From positions 29,023-93,022 of the forward strand of contig CAWIDR010000037.1 in assembly GCA_963834905.1 (NCBI GenBank): a stretch of DNA of 64,000 nucleotides, in the 5' to 3' direction. Within the stretch, counting starts at the first letter, position 1, and each line of letters begins with the position of its first letter. A model generated the notes under the pieces. The model was given only the letters and a program-made list of their open reading frames with translations. It had not been told where the DNA came from and ran no database searches. Shown here piece after piece: positions 29,131 through 39,600 of this stretch. The position numbers and the translations under genes are program-made. Origin of the DNA: an uncultured Thermoleophilia bacterium (GTDB lineage: Bacteria; Actinomycetota; Thermoleophilia; UBA2241).

Positions 29131-30264
29131 CCAGCCGGCCGGGACCGGCGGACGGCGCGGCCGCCGCGCCGGCGCCGCCCATCGCGCCTCCGGCGGCGCC
29201 GGCGACGGCTGCGGCGCCCGCGCAGGGGGAAGGCTCACGCCCGCCGCGCCGGCCCTCCTGGCTGCGCGCGGCGATCATCTCGCTGGTCATCATCTTCGCC
29301 GGCGGCGCCCTCGGGGCCGCCGGCTACCGCCTCGAGCGCACCTATTCAGTCCAGCCGCCGGCGATCGAGAAGACGGCCGCCGGCTGGACCATCACCGGCC
29401 AGCCCGGCCGCGTGTTCAGCGGCGTGGCGCTCAACGGCCCGCGCCTCATCTGGCAGGACGGAGCCTCCATCGAGTACGTCCAGCTCGGCGAAGGCACCAT
29501 CCGCCTGCTCGGGTCCCGGCCCCGGCATGCGCACCACCTGGGACCCCGCGATCGGCGAGCGCTACGCGATCTGGTTCGAGGCCGAGCGGCAGGAGAGCCT
29601 TGCCGCCCAGGCCGTCGCCTACGACACGCAGAGCGGCCGCCGCTGGACCCTGGGCGACGTCGGCGCCGTCTACTCCAACCCCGCGATCTCCGGGGACGTC
29701 GCCGTCTGGTGTTCGGCCAGCCGGCTCGGCGAGCCGGCCATCTGGGGAGCGCGCATCTACGGCGAGTGGGGCTTTCAGATAGCTGCCCAGAGCGGCGCGC
29801 CGGTGGTCTCTGGTGGCCTGGTGGTCTGGTCGCACAGCTGGACAGGACCCTTCACGGCCGAGGAGCGCGCCAGCGGCGCGAGCTGGGCCGTGACGGCGGA
29901 CCTGACCGGCGACCGGCTCACGAGCATCGCCTTGGCCGGCCGCACTCTTGTCTGGGGCCAGGGCTCGGACACGCCCGGCAGCGGCGTGGTCGCCGCCGTC
30001 AGCGTGGACGGCGGCGGGACGACGAAGCTCGCCACCGGCCTGACCGGCCTCGCCGGGCCCGCCTACGACGGGAAGACGGTCGTCTGGGGCGAGAAGACGG
30101 CGGCCGGCTCCCGCATCATGGGTCGCCGGCTCGCTGGCGCCGCGTTCCTCATCGCGACCGTCGACGGCGACGTCAAGGAGGTCGCCGTCAGCGGCGACAG
30201 CGTCGCCTGGATCGTCTCGTCCGCCGGCGCGTACAGCATCGTGACCTCGAGGCTGGCGCGATGA
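29115..30264 (+). CDS. membrane-anchored protein with about 7 G-x-x-hydrophobic-hydrophobic-W repeats (beta-propeller-like), unknown function (frame break near 29510)
   Basis: GTG 29115, Pro/Ala-rich tail, TM (LRAAIISLVIIFAGGALGAAG). Repeats GPRLIWQDG, ERYAIWFEA, GDVAVWCSA, GGLVVWSHS, GRTLVWGQG, GKTVVWGEK and GDSVAWIVS are spaced about 35-45 aa apart. Confidence 0.45.
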
Positions 30265-30610
30265 GCTTCCCGCGGCGGCACAGGACGCTGGCGTACCCGA
30301 GCGAGTCGCGAGACCGGCTGCTCCTGCTTCTCCTCATCGAACTGTGGGTGCTCAACGTCGCGGACCTCGCCCTGACGCGGTACTCCCTGTGGCTGGGGTT
30401 CGCCACCGAGTCCAACGGGGTGATGGACTACTTCCTCCGCGCCGGCACGGTGCCGGCCCTCGCGTTCAAGGTGGGCATCGTCACGGTCGGCGCACTCCTG
30501 CTCTGGCGCCTGCGCGTGTACCGCTTCGCGACCGTCGCGGCGGCGCTGCTGCGGGCGTGCTCGCCACCGTCGTCGCCTATCAGGCGTTCTGGGTGCTCAG
30601 CCTGCGCTAG
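30261..30610 (+). CDS. small DUF5658-like membrane protein (frame break near 30555)
   Basis: ATG 30261 overlaps the upstream stop (ATGA). LLLLLIELWVLNVADLALTRY...ESNGVMDYF pattern. The last helix (VLATVVAYQAFWVLSLR*) is in the frame of ORF 30344..30610. Confidence 0.4.
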
Positions 30611-30690
30611 AGGAGCTGGCCGCAGGCCGCCGATGCCGCGGGCTCTTCCCAAGCGCACGCAGTGCGGAGAGACACGCCGTTGCAGAAACG

Positions 30691-30736
30691 CCGAGGGGCG
30701 CCCGGCCGCCGCTACGGCGGGCCGGGCGCCCCTCGG
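30691..30736. terminator. GC-rich hairpin between convergent genes (candidate bidirectional terminator)
   Basis: Perfect 17-bp stem: ccgaggggcgcccggcc (30691..30707) pairs with ggccgggcgcccctcgg (30720..30736), with a 12-nt loop. No U-tract, which is common in high-GC genomes. Confidence 0.5.
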
Positions 30737-30759
30737 ACGCACGAAGCGTGTGTGCGGGC

Positions 30760-32124
30760 TCAGACCCCTTCGGGCAGCGTGCTGAGCCGCGTCTTGACGA
30801 TCTTCGTCGCCTCGGCGATCACCTCGAGGCTGCGGTCGACCTCGGACTTGGTGTGCGCGGTGCTCGCGAAGAAGCGCTCGAAGTTGAAGTTGTGGAAGTA
30901 CACGCCGCGCATCTGGCACTCGGTCTGCAGCATGCCGAAGAAGCGCGTGTCGCTGGCGCGCGCCTGGCGGTACTTCGTCACCGGCTCCTCGTGGCCGAAG
31001 AACACCTGCCACATCGGGCCGACCTGGCTGATGTACGCCGGCACGCCGTTCTCGGCGAAGATGCCGCGCATGCCCTGCACCATCGCGTTGGCGATCGTGT
31101 TGAGGTGCCCGTAGACGCGCTCGCGGTCGTTGATGAGGATGTCGAGCGCGGCGTTCATGCCGGCCAGCGTCAGCGGGTTGCCGCTGTAGGTGCCGCCGTG
31201 GAGCACGACGCCGTCGGCCTCCAGCTGCATGATCTCCTTCTTGCCGCCGAACGCGGCGGCGCCCGGCGTGCCGCCGCCGACGGCCTTGGCGATGCAGGTG
31301 ATGTCCGGGATGACCCCGTACAGCTCCTGGGCGCCGCCCAGCGAGACGCGGAAGCCGGTGATGATCTCGTCGAAGATCAGCACCACGTCGTTCTCGTCGC
31401 AGATGCGCCGCAGCCCCTCGAGGAAGCCCGGGACCGGCGGGATGATGCCGGCGTCGCCGAGGATCGGCTCGGCCAGCACGCAGGCCAGCTGGTCGCGGTT
31501 GCGCTTGATGAGCACCTCGACCGCGTCGATGTCGTTGAACGGCGCGATGATGACGGTGTCCGCGAAGGCCTTGGGGATGCCGGCCTGCGACGGCAGCGTG
31601 CGCGGGAACTTCTCGGTGCCCGCGGCCTCGAGCGCCGGCACGTGCGAGAACGCGTGGCAGTCCAGGAAGCCGTTGTAGCTCCCCTCCCACTTCATGATCT
31701 TGTCCTTGCCGGTGTAGGCGCGCGCGAGGCGGATGGCCGCCTGCGTCGCCTCGCTGCCGGAGTTGGCGAACCGCACCTGGTCGATGCCGGGCACCGCCTG
31801 GACGATCTTGCGTCCGACCTCGTAGTCGAGCTCGTGCGGGAACGTGTACAGCATGCCGCCCTGCGTGATCTGGGCGACGATCGAGTCGAGGATGGGCTTG
31901 GGGCGGTGGCCGAAGATCATGGGCCCGTAGCCGATGCACCAGTCCACGTAGGCGTTGCCGTCGACGTCGTAGAAGTAGGCGCCCTCGCCGCGCTCCATGA
32001 CGATCGGCCGCGTCCCGATGAGGCGTGCATAGCTGGACTCGCCGCCGGAGACGACCTCCTGACACTTGGCGAACATCTCCTGGGTCTTCTTGAGTCGACT
32101 CTCGTCGATGAGGTTGTCTGCCAT
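30760..32124 (-). CDS. class-III (GSA-aminomutase-like) PLP aminotransferase
   Basis: 454-aa uninterrupted ORF with YGPMIFGH, ANSGSEATQAAIRLAR, DEIITGFR, CIAKAVGGG and GTYSGNP. It lacks the canonical HemL GGVNSPVRAF N-terminal motif, so it is not called hemL. Confidence 0.85.
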   Translation of the reverse strand: MADNLIDESRLKKTQEMFAKCQEVVSGGESSYARLIGTRPIVMERGEGAYFYDVDGNAYVDWCIGYGPMIFGHRPKPILDSIVAQITQGGMLYTFPHELDYEVGRKIVQAVPGIDQVRFANSGSEATQAAIRLARAYTGKDKIMKWEGSYNGFLDCHAFSHVPALEAAGTEKFPRTLPSQAGIPKAFADTVIIAPFNDIDAVEVLIKRNRDQLACVLAEPILGDAGIIPPVPGFLEGLRRICDENDVVLIFDEIITGFRVSLGGAQELYGVIPDITCIAKAVGGGTPGAAAFGGKKEIMQLEADGVVLHGGTYSGNPLTLAGMNAALDILINDRERVYGHLNTIANAMVQGMRGIFAENGVPAYISQVGPMWQVFFGHEEPVTKYRQARASDTRFFGMLQTECQMRGVYFHNFNFERFFASTAHTKSEVDRSLEVIAEATKIVKTRLSTLPEGV

Positions 32125-32287
32125 CGGCTCGGATCTCCTTGACGAACGGCCGGGCTCGGCACGGCTTCCCGCGGGTGCGGGGCCGGGTCCCCGGAAGGTC
32201 GGCCCAGTCTACCGGATGCAGAACGCCGGGTTAACGTGTGCTCGTTGCGGGGAGCGGCGGGAGCGAGCGCCGCAGGCGCCCGCCGCC

Positions 32288-33117
32288 TCACACCACCAGC
32301 GGCCAGCAGGCTCACGCCGACGATCGTGCAGGCGATGCCGACCCACTGGTTCGGCTTGGGGCGCTCGTGAAGGAGCACGAAGCCGAGGACCACGGCAAAG
32401 GTGCCGAACTGCGTCGTGGTCACACCGGCGACCGTCGGCGGGCCAAGCGCGAACGTGATCGTGAGCAGGAGGACGCCAGACAACTCGAGGATGGCCGCTC
32501 CCACGGCGCGGACGCGCAACTCGCGCGGCACCGCGACGCTGCCGGTGAGCAACGCGACGGGGAGAGTGATCAGCAGGGACACCGAGCGCGAGATGGCCAC
32601 CTGCGAGAGCCAGGAGATGTCGCCGTAGGCGTAGCACAACATGGCGCCGGCGAAGAGGGCGCCGGCGGCGAGCGCCCAGGGCGCACCGCGCGCCGACCGG
32701 GCGCGGCCCTCGAACGATGTGAACACCGCCCCGAAGGCGCACAAGGCCGAGGGCGACCGCCAGCGGCACGGTGACAGGGGCGCCGAGCAGGATCACCGCC
32801 ACCGCCACGTACGCCCCCTGCAGTGCGGTGAGCGCAGATACGAGGCCAAGGTCGCCGACCTGGAGTCCATGCAGCAGACAGAAGAAGGCGCCGAAGTAGA
32901 GAGCGCCGGCGAGCGCCGCCAATCCGGCGCCGCGCCACTCGTCGCCCTGCGGGAGCCCATCGACGAGGAGCGCCACCGGCACGATGATCACCGCGCCCGT
33001 GACGAGCACCCAGACCATCTGCGTGAGTGGCCGCGTGCCGCGGGCGACGCGCTGCGAGAACATGTCGCTGGTCGCGTAGGAGAGGGAAGTCAGCAGGCCT
33101 GTGAGGACGGTGAGCAC
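32288..33117 (-). CDS. EamA/DMT-family transporter (frame break near 32750; 3' end uncertain)
   Basis: GTG 33117. Ten-TM DMT pattern split between ORF 32209..33513 (N-terminal half) and ORF 31917..32744 (C-terminal half). Read literally, the C-terminal frame runs 200 nt into the aminotransferase gene. A stop at 32288 in the third frame follows the last TM, so another indel is likely. Confidence 0.6.
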
Positions 33118-33178
33118 GCGGCCAAGTCTACTCGACGGCGGTTTGCATCCGTCCGTGCGGGCCGGGGAGGATGACGCC

Positions 33179-33976
33179 ATGGATGGTACGCCGCAGCTCC
33201 CCGTCGCCGCCGACTGGTTCAGCCTCACGTGGGTGACCGGCCGGACGGCCGTGCTCACTGAACCCCACATGGACGAGCTCCTGCGCGCCGGCCTCTGGTA
33301 CCTGCGCGGGCGCGACCGCGACCTGCTCGTCGACACCGGCAACGGCGTCGGGGCGCTGGCGCCCGTGCTCGCGCGACTCGCGCGCGGCGGGCGCGCCCGG
33401 GAGATCGTCTGCGTGTGCACGCACGCGCACATCGACCACATCGGCGGCTTCCACGAGTTCGAGCGGAGGCTGCTGCACCCGGCCGAACAGGAGTTGGCCC
33501 TGCAGATCCGCAACGGCGCGCCGCTGGCCCCGGCGATGTGGTCGGAGGAGATCCTCGCCCAGCTCGCCGAGAGCGGGTTCGTGCCGCCGCCCGTCCTCGT
33601 CGACGCGATCCCCTACCCGGGCTTCGACCCGATGGACTTCCGGCCGGAGCGCGCCGCCCCGACGCACTTCGTGCAGGGCGGCGACGAGATCGACCTCGGC
33701 GACCGGCGCTTCACGGTGGTCGACCTGCCCGGGCACACGCCGGGCAGCATCGGGCTGATCGACCACGAGGAGCGCGCCCTCATCTCCGGCGACGCGGTCT
33801 ACGACGGCGGCCTGATCGACACGCTGCCCGAGTCCGACGTCGAGACGTATCTGGGGACGATGGAAGTGCTGCGCCGGCTGGACGTCGACGTCGTCTACCC
33901 CGGCCACGGGTGGCCGTTCGACCGGGCCCGGCTGCGGGAGATCGCCGAAGGCTACCTGGGAGACCGCGGCGCCTGA
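33179..33976 (+). CDS. MBL-fold metallo-hydrolase
   Basis: ATG 33179 after GGGGAGGA. THAHIDHIGG (HxHxDH), LPGHTPG and GDAVY motifs. Confidence 0.8.
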   Translation: MDGTPQLPVAADWFSLTWVTGRTAVLTEPHMDELLRAGLWYLRGRDRDLLVDTGNGVGALAPVLARLARGGRAREIVCVCTHAHIDHIGGFHEFERRLLHPAEQELALQIRNGAPLAPAMWSEEILAQLAESGFVPPPVLVDAIPYPGFDPMDFRPERAAPTHFVQGGDEIDLGDRRFTVVDLPGHTPGSIGLIDHEERALISGDAVYDGGLIDTLPESDVETYLGTMEVLRRLDVDVVYPGHGWPFDRARLREIAEGYLGDRGA

Positions 33977-34009
33977 GGGCCCCGGGCCGCGGCCGCACGG
34001 AGAGTCCGC

Positions 34010-34959
34010 CTAGCTGATCGCGAGCAGCGTGCAGGCCACGCAGGTGCAGGCCACGCCCACGTACTGCAGCCGCGACAGCCGCTCGTGCAGCACGAGGTAG
34101 CCCAGCAGGACCGCCATCGTCCCGCCCTGGGCGATGACCACCGAGGCGACCGCCAGCGGTCCGATCGCGATCGCCGCGGCGAAGAGGACGAATGCCGAAG
34201 CGTCGAACACGCCGGCGATCCCGCAGCGCCCGGCGAGCCGGCGCGGAAGCCGGAGCCCGCCGAGCAGCAGGGCCACCGGCAGCAGCACCAGCATGGTGCC
34301 CAGCCGGCCGAAGGCGGCGATGGCCACCGGATGCAGGGCGCCGGCCTCCGCCAGCAGCAGGATGACCACCGCGAACAGCGCCGACGACAGCAGGGCCCAG
34401 CCGGCTCCGGACGTGCCGCGGGCGCGACGAACGGGAGCGGCGGGCTCCACGCTCGCGACGGCAGCCGGCGCCCCCGGGGCGACGGCGCCGGCAGCGCCGC
34501 GATCGCCTCCGGCGCGCCCAGACCGAACACCTCCTCGGCCGGCGCCTTCTCGACGGAGGCGAGCAGGCCGCCGGCCACGGCGAGCGGCAGGCCGACCATC
34601 GCCGGCGTGGAGAGCGCCTCGCCGCCGATGATCGCGATCACCGCGACGATGCCGCCGGCCAGCGACGCCAGCGGCGTGACGATCGAGAGGTTGCCGGTGA
34701 CGAGGCCGCGGAGCAGACACGCCAGGGCCGCGGCCTCGCACAGGCCACCGGCCATGGCGAAGGCGACGGCCCGCCACTCGGCGGCTCCGGCGGGCGGACC
34801 GTACAGCACCAGGGCGAGCGGCAGAAGGATGAGGAGTCCCACGGCCATGGACCAGGACATCGCGGTCCAGAGGGCCACGGCGCGCACGACCTTGACCATG
34901 AGGAAGTCGTGGAGCGCGTAGCCGAGGGCCGAGCCCAGGCCGAGGACGACGGTGAGCAT
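34010..34959 (-). CDS. EamA/DMT-family transporter (frame break near 34480)
   Basis: N-terminal EamA half in ORF 33952..34959 and C-terminal half (GWALLSSALFAVVILLL...LLAIS*) in ORF 34010..35044. Confidence 0.7.
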
Positions 34960-35091
34960 GCGCGTACTCTACTCGACCCGCTTTGGCGCCGAAGGGTCCG
35001 AGTCCCGCGGACAGGGCGCCATGGCCGGGCCGGACCGTACGCACGAGGGCGCGCCCGGTCGGCAGACCCGGCGCGCCCCGTCAGCTCGTGG

Positions 35092-36308
35092 TCAGTCGTC
35101 GGTGCGGCAGACCGTGAGGTCGGCGAAGTTGCGCGGCGCCAGGCCCTGGTGCTTCTCGGCGATGGTGTCGGCGAGCGCGTCGAGGCGCGCGTAGTCGTTC
35201 GTCGCGCGGCATGCCCTTGGCCAGCACCGGCTCGAGGAACTCGACCTTGAGCTTGGGCATCATGCCGGCCAGCGTCTCGACGGTCTTGCCGGCCCAGCCG
35301 TAGCTGCCGATCACGGTCGCGTACTTGGTGCGCGGCTTCAGCGCGTTCGCGAGCACGGCCGCGTACGGCGCCAGCGGATGCGGCCCGGTGAGCACCGTCG
35401 GCGTACCGAGGACGATGGTGCCGGCGTGCACCAGCGAGCTGGCGAGCTCGCCGGCGTCCAGCGTCGTGAGGTCGAAGCGCTCGATCGCGACGCCGCGGTT
35501 CGTGAGGGCCGCGGTGAGGTGGTCGACCATCTTGAGCGTGCTGTCGTGCATGCTGACGAACGGCAGGCAGACGATGTTCTGCGGCTCGCCGCCGGCCCAG
35601 TCCCGGTAGGCCTCGATGATGAACGCCGGGGTCGTCGTAGACGGGTCCGTGGCTCGGCCCGATGAACCTGATCGGGTACTGCGTCACCTTCTCGATGTTC
35701 TTCAGCACCTGGCTGCCGAACGGCATCATGATCTCGGCGTAGTAGCGCTTGGCGCCGTCGTAGACCTCGTGCTTGTCGGCGAAGACGTCGTTGGTGGCGT
35801 AGTGCGAGCCGAAGAAGTCGCAGCTGAAGAGGATCTGGTCCTCGCCCAGCCAGGTGCTCATCGTCTCGGGCCAGTGCACCCACGGCGTGAACAGGAACGT
35901 GAGCGTCTTGTCTCCGAGGCTCAGCGTGTCGCCGTCGGCCACGACCTGGAAGCGCGCGTCGTCCACGTGCAGGTGGTCGATCAGCATCGCCCTGCGCCTT
36001 CTCGTTGCAGACGATCGGTCAGATCGGGGTAGCGCTGCGAGGAGCTGCGGCGTGCAGCCCGAGTGGTCCTGCTCCACGTGGTTGATGACCAGGTAGTCGG
36101 GCGCCGGCAGCTCGTCGAGCTGCGCCATGAGCGTCGAACACCGGGCCGGGTCGCAGGTGTCGACCATCACGTTCTTCTCACTGCCCACGACGAAGTACGC
36201 GTTGTAGCTCGTGCCGTGGGGAAGGGGGATGAGCGCGTCGAACAGCCGGCGGTCCCAGTCGACGGCGCCGATGAGGTAGACGTTCTCGCGGATGATGCGT
36301 GGCTTCAT
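35092..36308 (-). CDS. FprA-type flavodiiron protein (MBL-like diiron domain + flavodoxin domain; frame breaks near 35200, 35625 and a scrambled stretch at 35985-36035)
   Basis: ATG 36308 after GAGG. YLIGAVDWDRRLFD, SYNAYFV, NHVEQDHSG and FSCDFFGSH (diiron site). Flavodoxin part in ORF 35081..35551 (IVLGTPTVLTGPHP, IGSYGWAG). Natural end DLTVCRTDD* at 35092. Confidence 0.8.
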
Positions 36309-36696
36309 GGTCACCTCGCGTGAGGTCGTGGCAAAGCGTTCTCGCCTCCGAGTATAACCACGCGCTGACGGGGTTCAGGGCCACGAGCGCGTCCGGATGG
36401 CGGAAATGGCCGGGGTCTGTGTGGACAGCGTATCGGGACTCGCCTCCTCGCTCCGCCGAGACCACGCGACCGGCGTGGTCGCGGGCCTCGACACGACGAG
36501 GTGACAGCAGACGGGCCTGCGCCCGACCCGACGGACTGTCCACGGTCCGGCTCACTCAAACGCCCAGGGGCACTGTCCCGCCTTGGAGGCTGGTACTAGG
36601 ATGCGGGGAGACGACGTCGAGGCCGAGGGAGGGCGTCGCCATGTCGAGGGGCGTGGCGGGGATGGTCTGCTCGTGTGAGTCATACGGGGCGGTGTG

Positions 36697-39600
36697 ATGC
36701 ACGCCTGCCCCGCCTGTAGCGCCGCCACACCAGAGGGCGCCCGATTCTGCCCCGCCTGCGGCAGGCCTCTGATCGTCCCGGAGACGCCCGCCGAGCGTAA
36801 GGTCGTCACGACCTTGTTCTGCGACCTCGTCGGCTTCACCCGACTGTCTGAGAACGCCGACCCGGAGGACGTCGACAGCATGCTGCGGCAGTACGCGGCC
36901 GCGGCCAGCCACGCCGTGGAGATCCACGGCGGCGTCGTGGAGAAGTTCGTCGGTGACGGGGTCGTCGCGGTGTTCGGCGTGCCGGCGGCCCACGAAGACG
37001 ATGCGGAGCGGGCCATCCACGCCGCGCTCCGCCTCTGCCGGGATGTGAGTGCCGTGACCGGTCCCGACGGAGCTCCCGTCAGCGTCCGTATCGGCATCAA
37101 CACCGGTGAAGCCCTCGCGCGTCTGGACCTTGCCCCCACCACCGGCGACGGCTTCCTCGCCGGCGACGCCGTCAACACGGCGGCACGCCTTCAGTCCGCC
37201 GCCCCGCCGGGCGGTATCCTGGTCGGTCCAGCTACCTATGCACTCACGAGCAGGCTGTTCCGTTTTGAGGAGCAGGAGCCCGTTGCGCTCAAGGGCAAGG
37301 CCGAGCCGCTACCTGTGTGGCTTGTCCTGGCGCCGGTGTCCCGCACTGGGGCCGACCACGCATCCTTCTCCTCGATCTTCGTGGGCCGGCGGGACGAGAT
37401 CGCCCGCCTCGAAGCGCTCCTCGAACAAGCGATCCGGCGACGGTCCGCGGGCGTGGCGCTCATCTCGGGCGAGCCGGGGATAGGCAAGTCACGCCTTCTG
37501 GCGGAGTTCTTCAGGCTGCTCGACCAACGGTCGCACGACGTCACGTGGCGACAGGGTCGGTGCCTCCCCTACGGCGAGGGCATCGCGTTCTGGCCCTTGG
37601 GCGAGATCGTCAAAGCACAGGCGGGCATCTTGGATACAGACAGTGTCGCGGCGACCGAACGCAAGCTCGCCAGGTCCCTGACCGAGCGCTCCGACACGAA
37701 GTGGATCCAGGAAAGGCTGCGACCCCTCGTGGGGCTCAGGGGGGCCGCCGCGCCGCAAGAGGAGAGCTTCTCGGCCTGGAACAGGTTCATCGAACAACTC
37801 GCGGCGCGGCGCCCGCTAATCCTGGTGGTGGAAGACCTGCATTGGGCGGACGACGCCATGCTGACGTTCCTGCGGCAGTTCACGGCAAGGGACTGGGGTG
37901 TCCCCCTCCTGCTCCTCATGACGGCCCGGACACACTTCTTCCAGGACGAGACCACCTTCGTCTCGTCGCTCCCCGCGGAAGGGCTCATCGCGCTGCCGCC
38001 ACTCGCCGCGGCGCAGATCAAGGAACTGCTGGCCGATCTGGTGGACGATCAGACGGTACTCCACCAGCTGGCTGCGTCGATCCTGGAGCGCTGTGGCGGT
38101 AATCCGCTGTACGCCGAGGAGTTGCTTCGACTGCTGAGAGAGCGCGGACTCCTCTCGACACCGGGGGACCTGGGGCAAGAAGTCGCCGCCGCGCTTCCAC
38201 AATCACTGCAGGCGGTCATCGCCGCCCGCATCGACGCGCTGCCCCCCCGTCTCAAGGAGTACCTCACCAACGCCGCCGTGGTGGGCCGGCGTTTCTGGGA
38301 CGGCGCCGTCGCGGCGCTTGCCGGCGACGGCGAGGCGCTCGATCAGGGCCTGCGGCGCCTCGCCGCGGCCGAACTCATACGCGTCGCGCCCAGCTCTTCG
38401 ATGTCGGGTCAGCGCGAGTACGTCTTCTGGCACGCGCTGACACGCGATGTGGCCTACAGTCAACTGACGCGTGGCCTGAGGGCAGAGAAGCACGAGCGCG
38501 TCGCCCGCTGGCTTGAAGAGCAGACCGGTGAGCGGGCAGAGGACCTGGCCGACGTGCTCGCTCATCATTACGTCACGGCTCTGGAGATGCGCTGCGAGCT
38601 CAAGGACGAAGCCGGGGCCGACGCGCTCCGCCGGCCTGCGGCAAGCGCACTGCACCTCGCCGGGAGCCGCGCGCTCGGCCTCAACGCGGGGGCCGCGGAG
38701 CGTCATCTTGCCCGGGCCGCGGCCCTTCTGCCCAAAGGAGCCGAGGACCGACCGAAGCTGCTCTTCGCGTGGGGCGAGGCCCTGATCGAGAGCAGCGAGC
38801 TTACGAAGGCGATCACCGCCCTGGAGGAGGGCATCCGTGAGGCCCGCGAGATGGGCGACGACAGAAGTGCGGCGATGGCCCTGCCACGGCTCTCATACGC
38901 GCATTGGCTGCGAGGTGACGCCAAGGGCTTGGAGGGGTCGGCGGAAGCCGTGGCGCTGCTGGAGAGGTACGGGCCGACACAGGAGCTCGTGAGGGCGCTG
39001 GAGAGCTGGGCCGCTGACTTGGCGCACGTCCCCGCATGTCTCCCTGCCATCGCGGCCTCCGATCGGGCCATCGCCATGGCTGCGGAGCTCGACCTCCCGG
39101 AGAGGCCCGCGGGCTTCGCCTCTCGCGGCATGGCTCACTGCAGCCTGGGGAACGCCGACGGGCTGACCGATCTGAAGTCCTCGGTCGACTTGGCTCTTGC
39201 GCTCGACGAGCCCCGCTGGGCCATCGCCTGCCGTTGCAATCTGGGCGACAACCTCTGCATCTTCGAGGGGCCCCGGGCCGCCCGCACCGTCCACACTGCC
39301 GCGCTGGACTCGTCGGTGCGCTTCGGCGGTCAACTGGCGAGCTGCTACTGCCACGAGGTGCTGTTCATCGACCTGGTGATCAGCGGCGAGTGGGACGAAG
39401 CGTTGCACGGAATGGCCGCTCTCGACCGCGAGCTCAACGGCCACGGGGACGCGTGGGATCTCGTGCACTTCAGGGCGACTGCCGCCTTGCTGCTGGCGCT
39501 CACGGGCGGTTCGGCTGCAGCCGAGTGCTATGCGCGTTTCGCAGAGACGAGCAGTCGCACGACACCTATGCTGGGCACCCGTGCCGCCGCGCTCGCGGGG

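Noticed and set aside
28299-30785. 828-aa ORF that looks like one giant protein.
   Set aside because: It is a read-through chimera. Only short sections coincide with real genes (the middle of the hom-like gene, the N-terminus of the anchored repeat protein and the N-terminus of the DUF5658 gene). The rest is out-of-frame Arg/Pro-rich sequence.
36309-36696. 388-bp gap between fprA and the cyclase-STAND gene, inspected for a riboswitch, sRNA or small ORF.
   Set aside because: Only a short hairpin (cgcgacc-ggcgt-ggtcgcg, about 36466..36484) and shadow ORFs are present. No motif I recognise from known riboswitch classes was found. It is most likely two divergent promoters.
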